Assembly (NCBI GenBank): GCA_022561875.1 | Contig: JADFQJ010000008.1 | Span: forward strand, 8,638 to 72,637 | Reading direction: 5' to 3' | DNA: 64,000 nucleotides | Origin: Bacteroidota bacterium | GTDB lineage: Bacteria > Bacteroidota > Bacteroidia > Bacteroidales > VadinHA17 | Part shown: positions 41,753-51,890 of the stretch, in pieces | Layout: the number at the start of each line of letters is the position of its first letter | Numbering within the stretch: the first letter of the stretch is position 1 | Made by a program: the position numbers and the translations under genes | Notes under the pieces: model-generated | Told to the model about the DNA's origin: nothing | Databases searched by the model: none | Seen by the model: the letters and a program-made list of their open reading frames with translations, nothing else

Positions 41753-44700
41753 CTAAAAGCCAATCTCAAGACCGAAAGTCAAGGTTTTAACATTTGGCAT
41801 CTCGAAATTTGTCATTCCATTAGCCCTTTGTTCCGGATCAACAATGTCCTGCGAACTCCATGTAAGATAATTGGTCGCCTGGGTATAAACAGTTATATTA
41901 CTGATATTTAACCTTTTCACGAGAGATTTTGGCAAACTATAAGACAATGAAATATCTTTAAGCCGCAAAAAATTATTTTCCAACACGAACCGGGAAGACC
42001 TTACGTCTGAGTCATTATTTCCTCCCCAAATTCTTTGAGGATGCATAGCAATATCACCGGGCTTTTGCCATCTGTCAATCTGAGTTGCCGGGATAACGTA
42101 CTTTACTTTATTACCGTCATTCCAGGATTTATATCCTGTATCAAGATAGAGCAGGCCTCCAACTGCGAAATTGAAAAGGAAGGACAAATTAAATCCCTTA
42201 TATGACAAATTATTGCCAAAAGCACCAAAGAAATCAGGATCTGCTTTACCGGCAATAGCCTTTTGCGCTTCTCCAATATCTCCCGTTACTTCTCCGGTTT
42301 TATTACCGTTTTCATCGACAATATACCACTCTGGTGCACCATTTGCAGGGTTAACACCGGCCCATAACGGTAACCAGAATGTATTATATGCTTCTCCTTC
42401 TCTTCTGATATATCTGCTAGAAAAAATATCTTCATTCTTATTGAGTTTAACAATTTTATTATCGACAGTAGTTATGTTAAAGGTGGAAGACCATTTAAAG
42501 TTATTAGTGGAAATATTAATGGTTCTAAGATCAATTTCCCATCCTTTATTCTCCATCTCTCCGACATTTACCCAGGTATTTCCGGCACCTATGGTCGGAG
42601 CCAGTGGAAGGTTCATAAGAAGATCGGATGTATGTCTTGAGAAGTATTCAATGGTACCACTGAAATTTTTCAACAGGGTAAAATCAATGCCCACATTGAA
42701 GTTGGTATTTTGCTCCCAGGTAAGATCTGGATTTGCCATCGAGCTTTCATATGCGGCAACCTGACCATCATATGTACTTGCATATGAATATAGAGCTAAA
42801 TGATCATAATAGCCAGGAGGAAGAGTCCCGTTTGTTCCATATGATGCCCTGATTTTCAAGTCATCGACAATTGATAAGCTTTGCATAAAACCTTCGCTTC
42901 TTAGTCTCCATGCACCTGAAACAGACCAGAAGTTTGCCCATCTTTCATCGTTTCCCAGTTTTGAACTGCCATCGCTACGGATACTTGCTGAGATATAGTA
43001 CCTGTTTCTGTAATCATAATTTACCCTTGACAAAAAAGAGAGCAATGATGAACCTTGATCATATCCATATGCATAAACGGGTTTAGCTGTTGCACCTAAA
43101 CTGCGTAGCGTTTCATTTGGAAGTACATTCCCCTCAACAGAATACCTTATGGCTCGTCTTGTCTCTGCTTCCTGTGCTGCGATAATGTTTACATGGTGAA
43201 GGTCGTTAAAGGTTTTATCAAATGTCAGAAGGTTTGATGAAGTTATTGTAATTCTTTTTCGGTTAGTTAAATATACGCGACCTTGCTCATCATCACCGGA
43301 TCTTGAAAGTGGTGATGCATAATTCGTATCATCATTATTTATCCAGTCGACGCTGTTGGTTGACCTGAATGTTAAAAATTCGAGAGGTTTGAATTCTATA
43401 AAACCAGTATTCATACTTCTGAATAGCTTTGAACTTCTTTCATTCAGATCGCGCTCCCTAACAATATTATAGTATCCGCTTTGTAATTTAGGCCTGTAGC
43501 TACCATCCGGAAGATAAGGTCCTTCAGTAGGGAAGGTGTTTCTGCTAACATTGTAAAAGGGATCGTAATACCTTGAACCACCATCGACGACTTCCTGGTC
43601 TGCGAAGGAATTTAACACATTCAGACCAACCGTGAGCATTTCATTCATCTTATGAGTTATATTTACTCTCCCTGAATATCTTGTATAATCAGATTTATAA
43701 GCTACTCCCTCCTGGTCAAAGATACTTCCTGAAATATAAAATTGTGTTTTTTCTGTACCTCCTGTAGCTGAAAGTTCAATGTTTCTTGTTTTTCCTTTTC
43801 TGAACAGGTGTTCATACCAGTCGGTGAATCCTTCTGCCGGCTTAACCCAATCGTTGTCTAACATTGTTTGATCAACATCGAAACCAGGAGGTGCGTTTCC
43901 TGATGCCAGAAAGTTTACCATTTCTTCCCTGTGCAGAATAAGGAAATCTTCACCAGATACAGGTTTAAGGTTATCAACAGCAAAGTCTGAAATACCGTAA
44001 ACTGACTTAAAGCTATACTTGGTAACTCCTTCGCGACCATGTTTGGTTGTGATCAGGATAACTCCGTTTGCAGCTCTGGAACCATACAGCGAAGATGCGG
44101 CCGCATCTTTCAAAACAGTGATAGTCTCGATATCACCAGATGGAATCGTCGACATGACATTTCCAACCGGCAAACCACCTTGGGAACTATGCATGTCTCC
44201 GGCCATTACAGGTACACCATCGATAACATAAAGAGGTTCGTTCGAAGCCGAGAATGAACCCATACCCCTGATCCTTATCTCGGTCCCTGATCCGGGTTGT
44301 CCGGTGAGATTTGAGACCTGGACTCCTGCAATAAGACCAACAATGGCCTTCTCAAATGAGGTGACAGCTATTTTGTTGATTAGTTCAGGATTTACTATTG
44401 CAGCTGAACCTGTAAACGATTTTTTCGTTGTAACACCATAGGCTACAACAATTACCTCCTCCAATGCTTCAAAACCTACTTCCAGGATCACATCCACAAC
44501 AGATCTGCCGTTAATATTTACTTCCTGTGTTATGTAACCAATATAGGAAAATACCAAAACCGAATTGGCATCCGGGATTTCAATAGAGTATTTACCATCC
44601 ATTCCTGTGATGGTTCCTGTTTCGGTACCTTTTACCAGAATAGAAACACCCGGGAGAGTTTCACCTGTTGAAGCTGTTACGGTTCCGGTAACCTCTAAGT

Positions 44701-45082
44701 TTTGTTGTTCTTTTCTTGGCGTAATTACAATTACTTTGTTAACCACAGTATAAGAAACATTGGTATTTTCAAATATTTCATTCAAAACTTCCCCGATTAA
44801 ACTGTTATCGGCTTCGATGCTGACCATCTTGTTAACATCTATCTGGTCGTCCTTATAAAAGAAATTGAATTCGCTCTGTTTTTCAATTTCCTGGAAGAGT
44901 TTCTGAATGGAAGCATTTTGAAGGGATAAATTCAGACGTGCATGCTGAGAATACCCCCTTGCTGCTATACTCACGATGCTTATCAGAAAGAAGAAGGTTG
45001 TCAGTTTCATAATCATTAAGATTTTTAGTATGTTCCTATTGATATTAATAGAAAACATACATTTTCTACCATTATTTTTCAT
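41753..45082 (-). CDS. susC: SusC/RagA-family TonB-dependent transducer (STN domain + carboxypeptidase-regulatory-like domain + plug + barrel)
   Basis: N-terminal STN signalling domain (LNLSLQNASIQKLFQEIEKQSEFNFFY...VIVITPR). Then a CarbopepD_reg-like domain (VTGTVTASTGETLPGVSILVKGT), a plug and a beta-barrel with a terminal F. The true start may be the Met at 45010 (MKLTTFFFLI). Confidence 0.9.
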   Translation of the reverse strand: MKNNGRKCMFSININRNILKILMIMKLTTFFFLISIVSIAARGYSQHARLNLSLQNASIQKLFQEIEKQSEFNFFYKDDQIDVNKMVSIEADNSLIGEVLNEIFENTNVSYTVVNKVIVITPRKEQQNLEVTGTVTASTGETLPGVSILVKGTETGTITGMDGKYSIEIPDANSVLVFSYIGYITQEVNINGRSVVDVILEVGFEALEEVIVVAYGVTTKKSFTGSAAIVNPELINKIAVTSFEKAIVGLIAGVQVSNLTGQPGSGTEIRIRGMGSFSASNEPLYVIDGVPVMAGDMHSSQGGLPVGNVMSTIPSGDIETITVLKDAAASSLYGSRAANGVILITTKHGREGVTKYSFKSVYGISDFAVDNLKPVSGEDFLILHREEMVNFLASGNAPPGFDVDQTMLDNDWVKPAEGFTDWYEHLFRKGKTRNIELSATGGTEKTQFYISGSIFDQEGVAYKSDYTRYSGRVNITHKMNEMLTVGLNVLNSFADQEVVDGGSRYYDPFYNVSRNTFPTEGPYLPDGSYRPKLQSGYYNIVRERDLNERSSKLFRSMNTGFIEFKPLEFLTFRSTNSVDWINNDDTNYASPLSRSGDDEQGRVYLTNRKRITITSSNLLTFDKTFNDLHHVNIIAAQEAETRRAIRYSVEGNVLPNETLRSLGATAKPVYAYGYDQGSSLLSFLSRVNYDYRNRYYISASIRSDGSSKLGNDERWANFWSVSGAWRLRSEGFMQSLSIVDDLKIRASYGTNGTLPPGYYDHLALYSYASTYDGQVAAYESSMANPDLTWEQNTNFNVGIDFTLLKNFSGTIEYFSRHTSDLLMNLPLAPTIGAGNTWVNVGEMENKGWEIDLRTINISTNNFKWSSTFNITTVDNKIVKLNKNEDIFSSRYIRREGEAYNTFWLPLWAGVNPANGAPEWYIVDENGNKTGEVTGDIGEAQKAIAGKADPDFFGAFGNNLSYKGFNLSFLFNFAVGGLLYLDTGYKSWNDGNKVKYVIPATQIDRWQKPGDIAMHPQRIWGGNNDSDVRSSRFVLENNFLRLKDISLSYSLPKSLVKRLNISNITVYTQATNYLTWSSQDIVDPEQRANGMTNFEMPNVKTLTFGLEIGF

Positions 45083-45094
45083 AAATTTGTATGT

Positions 45095-45195
45095 TTTTAG
45101 TTAATAATACCCTAATGTTCCAGTTAGTGTACGGAAACATTGGTTTTAATTAAAGGCGTTTTTCGGGAAATGTTAACAGCATTTCCCGATTTTTT
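45095..45195 (+). ncRNA. Candidate cis-antisense small RNA opposite the susC leader (DonS-like position)
   Basis: Plus-strand TAAATTTG box at 45082-45089. A hairpin aatgttcc/ggaaacatt at 45114-45141. An intrinsic terminator CGGGAAATG-ttaacag-CATTTCCCG plus ATTTTTT at 45164-45195. There is no expression evidence. Confidence 0.3.
45164..45195 (+). terminator. Plus-strand intrinsic terminator inside a minus-strand operon spacer
   Basis: A perfect 9-bp stem CGGGAAATG (45164-45172) / CATTTCCCG (45180-45188) with a 7-nt loop, followed by ATTTTTT. Confidence 0.6.
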
Positions 45196-45712
45196 CAGGT
45201 TAATTTTTCCAGGGTTTTTATCATAGGCAATTTGTTTTTAATGCGTTGCATATAACAATTATTTTATAGACAAATACTAATCAAAGTCTGTTTATAAACT
45301 CTATATTTCGTTTATAAATAAATAACAAATCTCAAAAAACAAATAACAAATAAATTCCAAATATCAATTATCAAATGACCGAAACAGCTTTGAATATTGA
45401 GATTTTTGTCATTGAGATTTATTTGTATTTTGGTGCTTGTCATTTATGATTTTCACTATTTATTTAAACTTTCTAACTTTATAGACGGACTCTAATTAAT
45501 AAATATAGCCTTCATATTCTATAAAAACCATTTAGCTATCCGTTGCAAAGATTTTATGTATTTAACTTGAATGATCCGAAATATTTAGAATTATTAACCC
45601 TAATTATTAACCTAAACTATGGATGAAAGAATCATTCTAAATATGCTTTATAAAATTGTACAACATCAAGCTAAATGGTTATGTTTTTCAATGGTTTTCT
45701 GATATTTAAAAA

Positions 45713-46885
45713 TTATTCGGTAACTTTATCTATAAATAAATCATTCTGTTTAAACGTGTAATTAATCGGTGTGGTAAGATTAAGGATTTCCAACACCTGG
45801 TTTATGGTTTCTTTGTGTACGAATTTTCCGGTGTACCGGTATTTCTTTAATTCTTCGTTCCGAACATGGATTTTCACATCATACCATCTTTCCAGTTTAT
45901 AACAAATATTTTCAAAGGTTTCACTTTGGAAGATTAACCGGTCGTCTTTCCATGCTGTATGCAGTTCAATATCAACTTTTCGGGAAATTAAAATTTGTAC
46001 TTTTTCGGAGGGTGATATGGGTTGTATTGCTTTCGTGCTTTTAATCAGGGTTGGCTTTTCTGTTTCAATTTCCGAAAGAATGACCCGTGATCCTTTCTTT
46101 AATAATGTGACTTTTTGATTTGGTTTCAAAATAATATTTTGATCCGGTGACGATTTTAAGCCTTTCCTGATTATACAAACAGATCCTTTTACCACCGTAG
46201 TTTCAATGGTTTCTTCATCAGGATAAGCCATAACATTAAAACTGGTTCCCAGAACTTTAATATCGATCTCGGATGTTTTAACTACGAAAGGAATTTTATT
46301 ACCTTTTTTTTTAACTTCGAAAAAAGCTTCCCCTTCAAGAAAAACTTCACGTTTCATCTCATTGAATGCTGAAGGGTATTTCAAAGTGGTTTCGGAGTTC
46401 AGCCAAACCTTTGTGCCGTCAGACAAGATGATCTGGGATTTCTGTCCTTTGGCAGTAATAATCTGATTGTATGCAAGGGAACCGGTATAAGGTTTCCTGT
46501 TCATAAAGTAAAAAACTGTCCATGAGAGGCAAAATGCAAGAATAAATATTGCTGCAATCCGCAGCCAATGATAATAATTTAGTCCCTCACTGCTTCTGAA
46601 TAATTGCAGGCTCCTTCTTACCGGCTCAGATGATTTTGTTGTCTCTTTATCCGGTAACTCACCAATTTTTTGAATAAAAATTTTCCTGTCTTTTTCAACA
46701 TCGTTTTGTTCAATATTTTGTGCTATCCCGGACGTTTTCCATACAAATTCAATTTCACTAAAATATTTTCTGTTTTTCTCATTTTCATTAAGCCATTGAT
46801 TTACCAAAGTGCTTTCTTTTTCACTTGTTTCACCAAGTAAATACTTAATGATTTTTTCTTTGTTTACCATTCTATTCGTTTTCAT
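45713..46885 (-). CDS. FecR-family anti-sigma factor / transmembrane sensor
   Basis: 390 aa with an N-terminal anti-sigma region, one TM (IAAIFILAFCLSWTVFYF), a FecR domain (LSDGTKVWLNSETTL, EAFFEV) and a C-terminal DUF4974-like end. It lies between the ECF sigma and SusC. Confidence 0.88.
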   Translation of the reverse strand: MKTNRMVNKEKIIKYLLGETSEKESTLVNQWLNENEKNRKYFSEIEFVWKTSGIAQNIEQNDVEKDRKIFIQKIGELPDKETTKSSEPVRRSLQLFRSSEGLNYYHWLRIAAIFILAFCLSWTVFYFMNRKPYTGSLAYNQIITAKGQKSQIILSDGTKVWLNSETTLKYPSAFNEMKREVFLEGEAFFEVKKKGNKIPFVVKTSEIDIKVLGTSFNVMAYPDEETIETTVVKGSVCIIRKGLKSSPDQNIILKPNQKVTLLKKGSRVILSEIETEKPTLIKSTKAIQPISPSEKVQILISRKVDIELHTAWKDDRLIFQSETFENICYKLERWYDVKIHVRNEELKKYRYTGKFVHKETINQVLEILNLTTPINYTFKQNDLFIDKVTE

Positions 46886-47052
46886 TTTATGCCTTACATT
46901 TATTATAACTACTATGTGTGAATTTACCCTGACAAGGGGATTGTTTTTTTTAGGATTTTGCTTTTAGTTATTACCTGGTTTATTCATAGTACTGCTATAG
47001 ATACAAACAAATTGTAAAATGAACTAAAATATTTTGTCCGAAAAGTTATGAT

Positions 47053-47619
47053 TCATTCGAAATAATCGGCTAATTTCTTATGTAAAGAGTGAATAGCACG
47101 TGACATTTGGGTTTCGACAGTTTTTATTGAAATGTTCAATTCTTCAGCAATTTCACGGTATTTTAATCCTTTAAAACGGCTTAATTCGAATATTTCCCTG
47201 CATCTGTCCGGTAAAGAAGCAATGGCATCATTAATGCGATCTTCAAGTTCTTTTTCAATTAAACCGTCCAGACAGTTTTCCGGTGAAGCAATTGATTTAA
47301 AACCTGAATCCATGATTTTCCGCAGGAGATCTTCCTTATACTCATTGCTTATTCTTATATGCTTCAGGTAGTCTAAACAATTGTTTCGAACCGCTTTATA
47401 TAAATAGGATTTAACGGAAGTATCCTGTGACAGTGAATGTTTTATTTCCCAAAGCTTAACAAAAGTATCCTGGACAATCTCCCTGGCGTCGTCCAACTCA
47501 ATGACAAATTTTTGAGCAAACCTGCAAAGATCAGCATAATGGGTATTAAAAACCTGCTCAAATGCACGAACATCTCCCTTTTTCAGTCTTTCAACAAAAT
47601 AACTTCTATGTTTGCTCAT
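47053..47619 (-). CDS. ECF RNA polymerase sigma factor (sigma-70 family, PUL-associated)
   Basis: 188 aa with region 2 (DAREIVQDTFVKLWE) and a region 4 HTH (LKYREIAEELNISIKTVETQMSRA). Confidence 0.9.
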   Translation of the reverse strand: MSKHRSYFVERLKKGDVRAFEQVFNTHYADLCRFAQKFVIELDDAREIVQDTFVKLWEIKHSLSQDTSVKSYLYKAVRNNCLDYLKHIRISNEYKEDLLRKIMDSGFKSIASPENCLDGLIEKELEDRINDAIASLPDRCREIFELSRFKGLKYREIAEELNISIKTVETQMSRAIHSLHKKLADYFE

Positions 47620-47792
47620 TTACAAAAAACATTGATATTATCATCGGTTAAAAATAACCTTTTTTTCTACAAGAGCGTTGTCTCAAAAGGGACGGCTTAT
47701 AAGGACCTATAAGGTGATCGAACCTCCGGTTTTCATCCTGGTTTTCCATGATATACGATAACGGATTGCCTCGTCCGGGCTTTTCGAAGAGT

Positions 47793-49166
47793 TTAAGGCA
47801 ATATGTTTTTGTTTTTAATTGTTCCTGAAAACAGGTAATAAGCAGGTATACCAACTAATACAGTACCAATGGCAATGAAAGACTCAACCGGTCGTTCAAA
47901 AATTGCCAGCAGCAATATGACAAAGGCGATAGATATGTATAAGCCCGGAACATACGGAAAGCCCGGCATTTTAATTTTACTTTTACCGGTAGATCTTAAT
48001 TTAAAAACACCTATTACAGCTATTATGGGAAATATTCCCAGCGAGAAACCCATAAAGGTCAATATCTGGTCGAATGTTCCGGACATGACCATAATAATTG
48101 CAATAACTGATTGTATTATTATTGACAGGTAAGGTGCCTGTGTCCTGGGGTGAACTTTAGAGGCAAATCTGAAAAAATGACCCCTTTTAGCCATGGCAAA
48201 ATAGACCCTGGGCCCGAGGATTATAAAAGCGCTGATGGATGAGAACAGTGCAAAGGAAACGAGTAAAGAAAATATTTGTTCCCACGACTTGCCAAATAAA
48301 TTACCAACTGCAAGCCCGCCAATGGAGAGCACTCCTTTCATCTCCTCCGGAGGAATTGCATAAACAAACAGGATGTTTAAAGCAACATACAATACCATCA
48401 CCAGGCCTGTACCCAATAACAAAGAATAAGGAATATTTTTTACCGGGTTACGGATTTCCGACCCGATATAGGTGGATGCATTCCATCCGCTATAGGCAAA
48501 GGTTATCCACAGAAAAGACAGTCCGATGGTCTTCCACCCTCCGAAATCGAATGAATATTCCAAACCCTGAACCATGTGGCCAATATCTCCCTTCCCAAAC
48601 AAAAATCCAATAATTAAAAAACCGGCTAGTAAAATAATTTTATATATGGTCAGACCGTTTTGGATTGCTGTCCCAAATTTAAGACCCCTGAGATGAACCA
48701 GGGTGAACAATAAGATAACCAGTGCAGATAATATTCTCTTAATGAGTTGCGGATCAGGAATACCTATGGCTTCTCCCCATAAGATGACCTGCGGAGCAGC
48801 GCGTACAAAATATTCACTGAATCCTATCGAAGCTGCTGCAATTGGAGCCGAGAACCCGACAATAAATGAAACCCATCCACTCAAAAAACCAACCAAAGGA
48901 TGGAACAATTTTGAAAGAAAAATATACTCACCACCGGCACTGGGGTATGCTGCTCCAAGTTCACCATAGCACATTGCCCCTAACAATGCCATTATTCCTC
49001 CGGCTACCCATAGCATTATCATTATCAGGGGGTTGTTCAGACCGGCCATTAGCAGACCTGAAGTGACAAATATCCCTGTACCGATCATATTGGCAATTAC
49101 AATATTGGTAACGGGGAAGAGTCCTAACTTTCTTTCTAGTCCATTTATATGATTTTCGTCAGACAT
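47793..49166 (-). CDS. APC-family amino acid permease
   Basis: 457 aa with about 12 TM segments and the N-terminal block VIANMIGTGIFVTSG typical of APC transporters. Confidence 0.85.
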   Translation of the reverse strand: MSDENHINGLERKLGLFPVTNIVIANMIGTGIFVTSGLLMAGLNNPLIMIMLWVAGGIMALLGAMCYGELGAAYPSAGGEYIFLSKLFHPLVGFLSGWVSFIVGFSAPIAAASIGFSEYFVRAAPQVILWGEAIGIPDPQLIKRILSALVILLFTLVHLRGLKFGTAIQNGLTIYKIILLAGFLIIGFLFGKGDIGHMVQGLEYSFDFGGWKTIGLSFLWITFAYSGWNASTYIGSEIRNPVKNIPYSLLLGTGLVMVLYVALNILFVYAIPPEEMKGVLSIGGLAVGNLFGKSWEQIFSLLVSFALFSSISAFIILGPRVYFAMAKRGHFFRFASKVHPRTQAPYLSIIIQSVIAIIMVMSGTFDQILTFMGFSLGIFPIIAVIGVFKLRSTGKSKIKMPGFPYVPGLYISIAFVILLLAIFERPVESFIAIGTVLVGIPAYYLFSGTIKNKNILP

Positions 49167-49283
49167 TTACAATTACAAGTTGTTTTTTAGTTACTAACTG
49201 CAATTTACTATAAAAGTTAATTAATCGGTAAGTATGACACACTAATTAACCTAAGTTACTACTTACTTACAATTAGGTTAAAT

Positions 49284-49374
49284 GGAACACGGATGACACT
49301 GATATAACAGATAATCACGGATAAAATAATAAAATATCAGTGAAAATTCGTTAAATCCGTGTCATCTGTGTTCT
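49284..49374. repeat. Imperfect long inverted repeat built on CACGGAT / CACTGATAT words
   Basis: ggaacacggatgacactgatat (49284-49305) faces atatcagtg...atccgtgtcatctgtgttc (49335-49373). A third cacggat lies at 49317-49323. It sits between the VIT gene stop and the permease start. Confidence 0.75.
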
Positions 49375-49421
49375 ATTAAATATTTTGAGTTTATGGACAA
49401 GCACTAAATAAAAAAAATGAA

Positions 49422-51773
49422 TTAAAACTTAACAGGGATAATCATCTGCATCTTTACAGCCTTGCCGTTTCGTGTTCCGGGTTTCCATTTTCCGTTTGTC
49501 AGTTTAATTAACCTGATCGCCTCACGGTCCGCATCAGGATGTAACCCTTTTATAACTTTAATCGCTTTTACATTACCATATTTATCTACAATGAACTGAA
49601 CAAAAACAACACCTTTAAGTACGGCCTTTTTCAGTGATTCAGGAATTGTTAAGTTCTTCTTAATAAATGCTTTTAGACCATCGGCACCACCTGTAAATTC
49701 AGGCAATACATCGTTATCAGGAGAGAAGGCCATTTCATCTTCAACTTCAATTGCTTCACCCGAAACCTGAAGAGCCGGATTATATCCTTTTATTCCTGAT
49801 GAACCTCTTAAGAACATTGCCGATTTTTTTGCGATTCCTCCGATCGCGTAATTGGTCGCCCCGTCAGGAAGCGGAAGGGGTTGTTTTATAGTAGTTACCT
49901 TTCCGTTCTCATTCCTTATTTCAGAATCCAGCGCAATAAAAGATGTATATTTCGTCAAAAGATTATATTTTAAACCAAGTGCGGTAACCTTCTCTTTTAT
50001 ATCATCATCAGAACCTGATACCCGCTGATAGTCGTCTAAAAAACGGATCTTTTCCCTGGCCCACAGATATTTAATGGCTGAGTTTTTATTTGAAGAACTT
50101 ACCGGACTTACTTTTAATGTTTTATTATATTTTTCCCCGCCAGACGTACCGGTTATCTTAATTGAACCTGTGCGTGATCCTTTCCATTTTCCAAACAAAA
50201 TTACCGGGCGTTCAGCCAGCAGATCCGGCACATTCAACGGTTCGATATCATATGCATTAAAACCATTATATGATACCTCAATATTAGTTAATACAGGGGT
50301 TGAAACATATTTTCTGAAACCGGCAGCTTTTTTCTCTGCCTCTTTTTCATTGATGACAATAAAAGGTTTGCCTCTTCCAATATGTGCCATGCCTTCAATC
50401 AGATACCTGTTCACCGAAGAGCCGATACCAAAAGTGAAAAAGTTTGCTTCACCAAGATTCCTATCCATAAAATCAAAAGTTTCTTTCTCAACACGGATAT
50501 AACCATCGGTGGCAATAATGAAACTCCTGGAGTAACCTTCGGTTTGCGGCAGGGTCATTGCCCTTTTCAGAGCAGAGAGCAATTCCGTACCTCCGCCGCC
50601 TGATTGCCTGTTGATAAAACCAATCGCATTCGCGATATTTTCCTTTTTTGCCGGAACCGATTCTTCAGAAAACAGGTTTGAACAACCGGCAAAAAGCATA
50701 ACATTGAACCTGTCATCAGGTCTGAGATCATTAAGCAGGTTTTTCATCAGTTGTTTGGAAACATCCAGTGGAAATCCGTGCATTGAGCCAGAAACATCTA
50801 CAATGAAAATAAATTCACGTGGAGGTATTTCTTTCCGGAGAACCCGTTTGGGCGGCTGTACCATTGCAAGGAAGAAATTCTCCGTTTCTCCTTCATATAA
50901 AATAAGTCCCGATTCAATCCTGTCACCGGAAAGACGGTAATCAAGAATAAAATCTTTATCACCCTGAAAGGTTTCGGGATCATTCAGCAGTATCTGTGCT
51001 TTGTTTTTACCCTGGTAAGTCACTGTAACATCATGCGAAAGCGAGGATAATGACCGGATTGGTAATCCTGCTGAAATATTAACTTCTATATCAAATGAAT
51101 AATTGGGCGATTTGCCCTCTTCCAGGTATGGATTGCTTACCCAATTGTCATCCTGTGGATTAGTACGGTCTGAATCTCCTGCATATCTCGGACCAACCAC
51201 GGCAGGGAAGACAAATTTATATATTGCAGATTCCGGTATGAGCAATTCGGTGTATTTCATTTCTACCTCGATAATATCACCGGGCAGGATATTAGCCACG
51301 TTCATCCTGAAAACATTTGGTCTTTCCTGTTCAAGCAAAGATACTGTCTGTCCGTTGGCTTTAGCCGCTTCATAGTTTTGCCGGGCTTTTTCCCTTTCCT
51401 GGATCACAGCAATTATCTCCCTTTCCCCGATCTTCATTTTCATTGAATATACTGCCGACCTGGTTGAAGCGGGAAAAACATAAATTGCTTCAAGAGTGTT
51501 TTTCCCTGTGTTCTGGTAAACCTGGTTAATGGTTACATCAGCTATAACTCCTGCAATATTTACATTTGCAAAAGTTTTTTTCAGTGGTAACCGGTCTGTT
51601 TCAGGATTTTCACTTTGAACAAAAAAATAGGGCGACTGGTTCTGATCATCCGGGGGAAAGATCGCAGGTGAAACAGCGCGCTGGGCATTTAAATTGAACA
51701 ATCCAATTATCAAAGTGACAAGCAGGATCATGCGATTCCTGATTTGCTTTTTGTTTTGATATAAAGTTTTCAT
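49422..51773 (-). CDS. Secreted VIT domain + von Willebrand factor A domain protein with C-terminal TonB_C-like domain
   Basis: Signal peptide. VIT-like region (VNIAGVIADVTINQVYQN..EAIYVFP). vWA with MIDAS DVSGSM. The C-terminal ~90 aa (LPEFTGGADGLKAFIKKNL..GVVFVQFIVDKYGNV..NGKAVKMQMIIPVKF) resembles the TonB C-terminal fold. Confidence 0.8.
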   Translation of the reverse strand: MKTLYQNKKQIRNRMILLVTLIIGLFNLNAQRAVSPAIFPPDDQNQSPYFFVQSENPETDRLPLKKTFANVNIAGVIADVTINQVYQNTGKNTLEAIYVFPASTRSAVYSMKMKIGEREIIAVIQEREKARQNYEAAKANGQTVSLLEQERPNVFRMNVANILPGDIIEVEMKYTELLIPESAIYKFVFPAVVGPRYAGDSDRTNPQDDNWVSNPYLEEGKSPNYSFDIEVNISAGLPIRSLSSLSHDVTVTYQGKNKAQILLNDPETFQGDKDFILDYRLSGDRIESGLILYEGETENFFLAMVQPPKRVLRKEIPPREFIFIVDVSGSMHGFPLDVSKQLMKNLLNDLRPDDRFNVMLFAGCSNLFSEESVPAKKENIANAIGFINRQSGGGGTELLSALKRAMTLPQTEGYSRSFIIATDGYIRVEKETFDFMDRNLGEANFFTFGIGSSVNRYLIEGMAHIGRGKPFIVINEKEAEKKAAGFRKYVSTPVLTNIEVSYNGFNAYDIEPLNVPDLLAERPVILFGKWKGSRTGSIKITGTSGGEKYNKTLKVSPVSSSNKNSAIKYLWAREKIRFLDDYQRVSGSDDDIKEKVTALGLKYNLLTKYTSFIALDSEIRNENGKVTTIKQPLPLPDGATNYAIGGIAKKSAMFLRGSSGIKGYNPALQVSGEAIEVEDEMAFSPDNDVLPEFTGGADGLKAFIKKNLTIPESLKKAVLKGVVFVQFIVDKYGNVKAIKVIKGLHPDADREAIRLIKLTNGKWKPGTRNGKAVKMQMIIPVKF

Positions 51774-51890
51774 TTTTTAGTAATTTTGGTTAAACAAATT
51801 GATCTGACCGAAATTGTCCGGTTTCATTTATTGGATGCAGGAAGAGACGAAATTCCATAAAAAAAAGGAAGAAGAATTAATCGCAGAGAC

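Noticed and set aside
45300-45480. AT-rich stretch with many short inverted motifs (aaatctcaa/ttgagattt, caaataaat/atttatttg, tcaaatgac/gtcatttatga) as a MITE.
   Set aside because: The motif order on the two sides is not mirror-symmetric. There are no clean terminal inverted repeats or target-site duplication. It may simply be low-complexity promoter or leader DNA of the susC operon.
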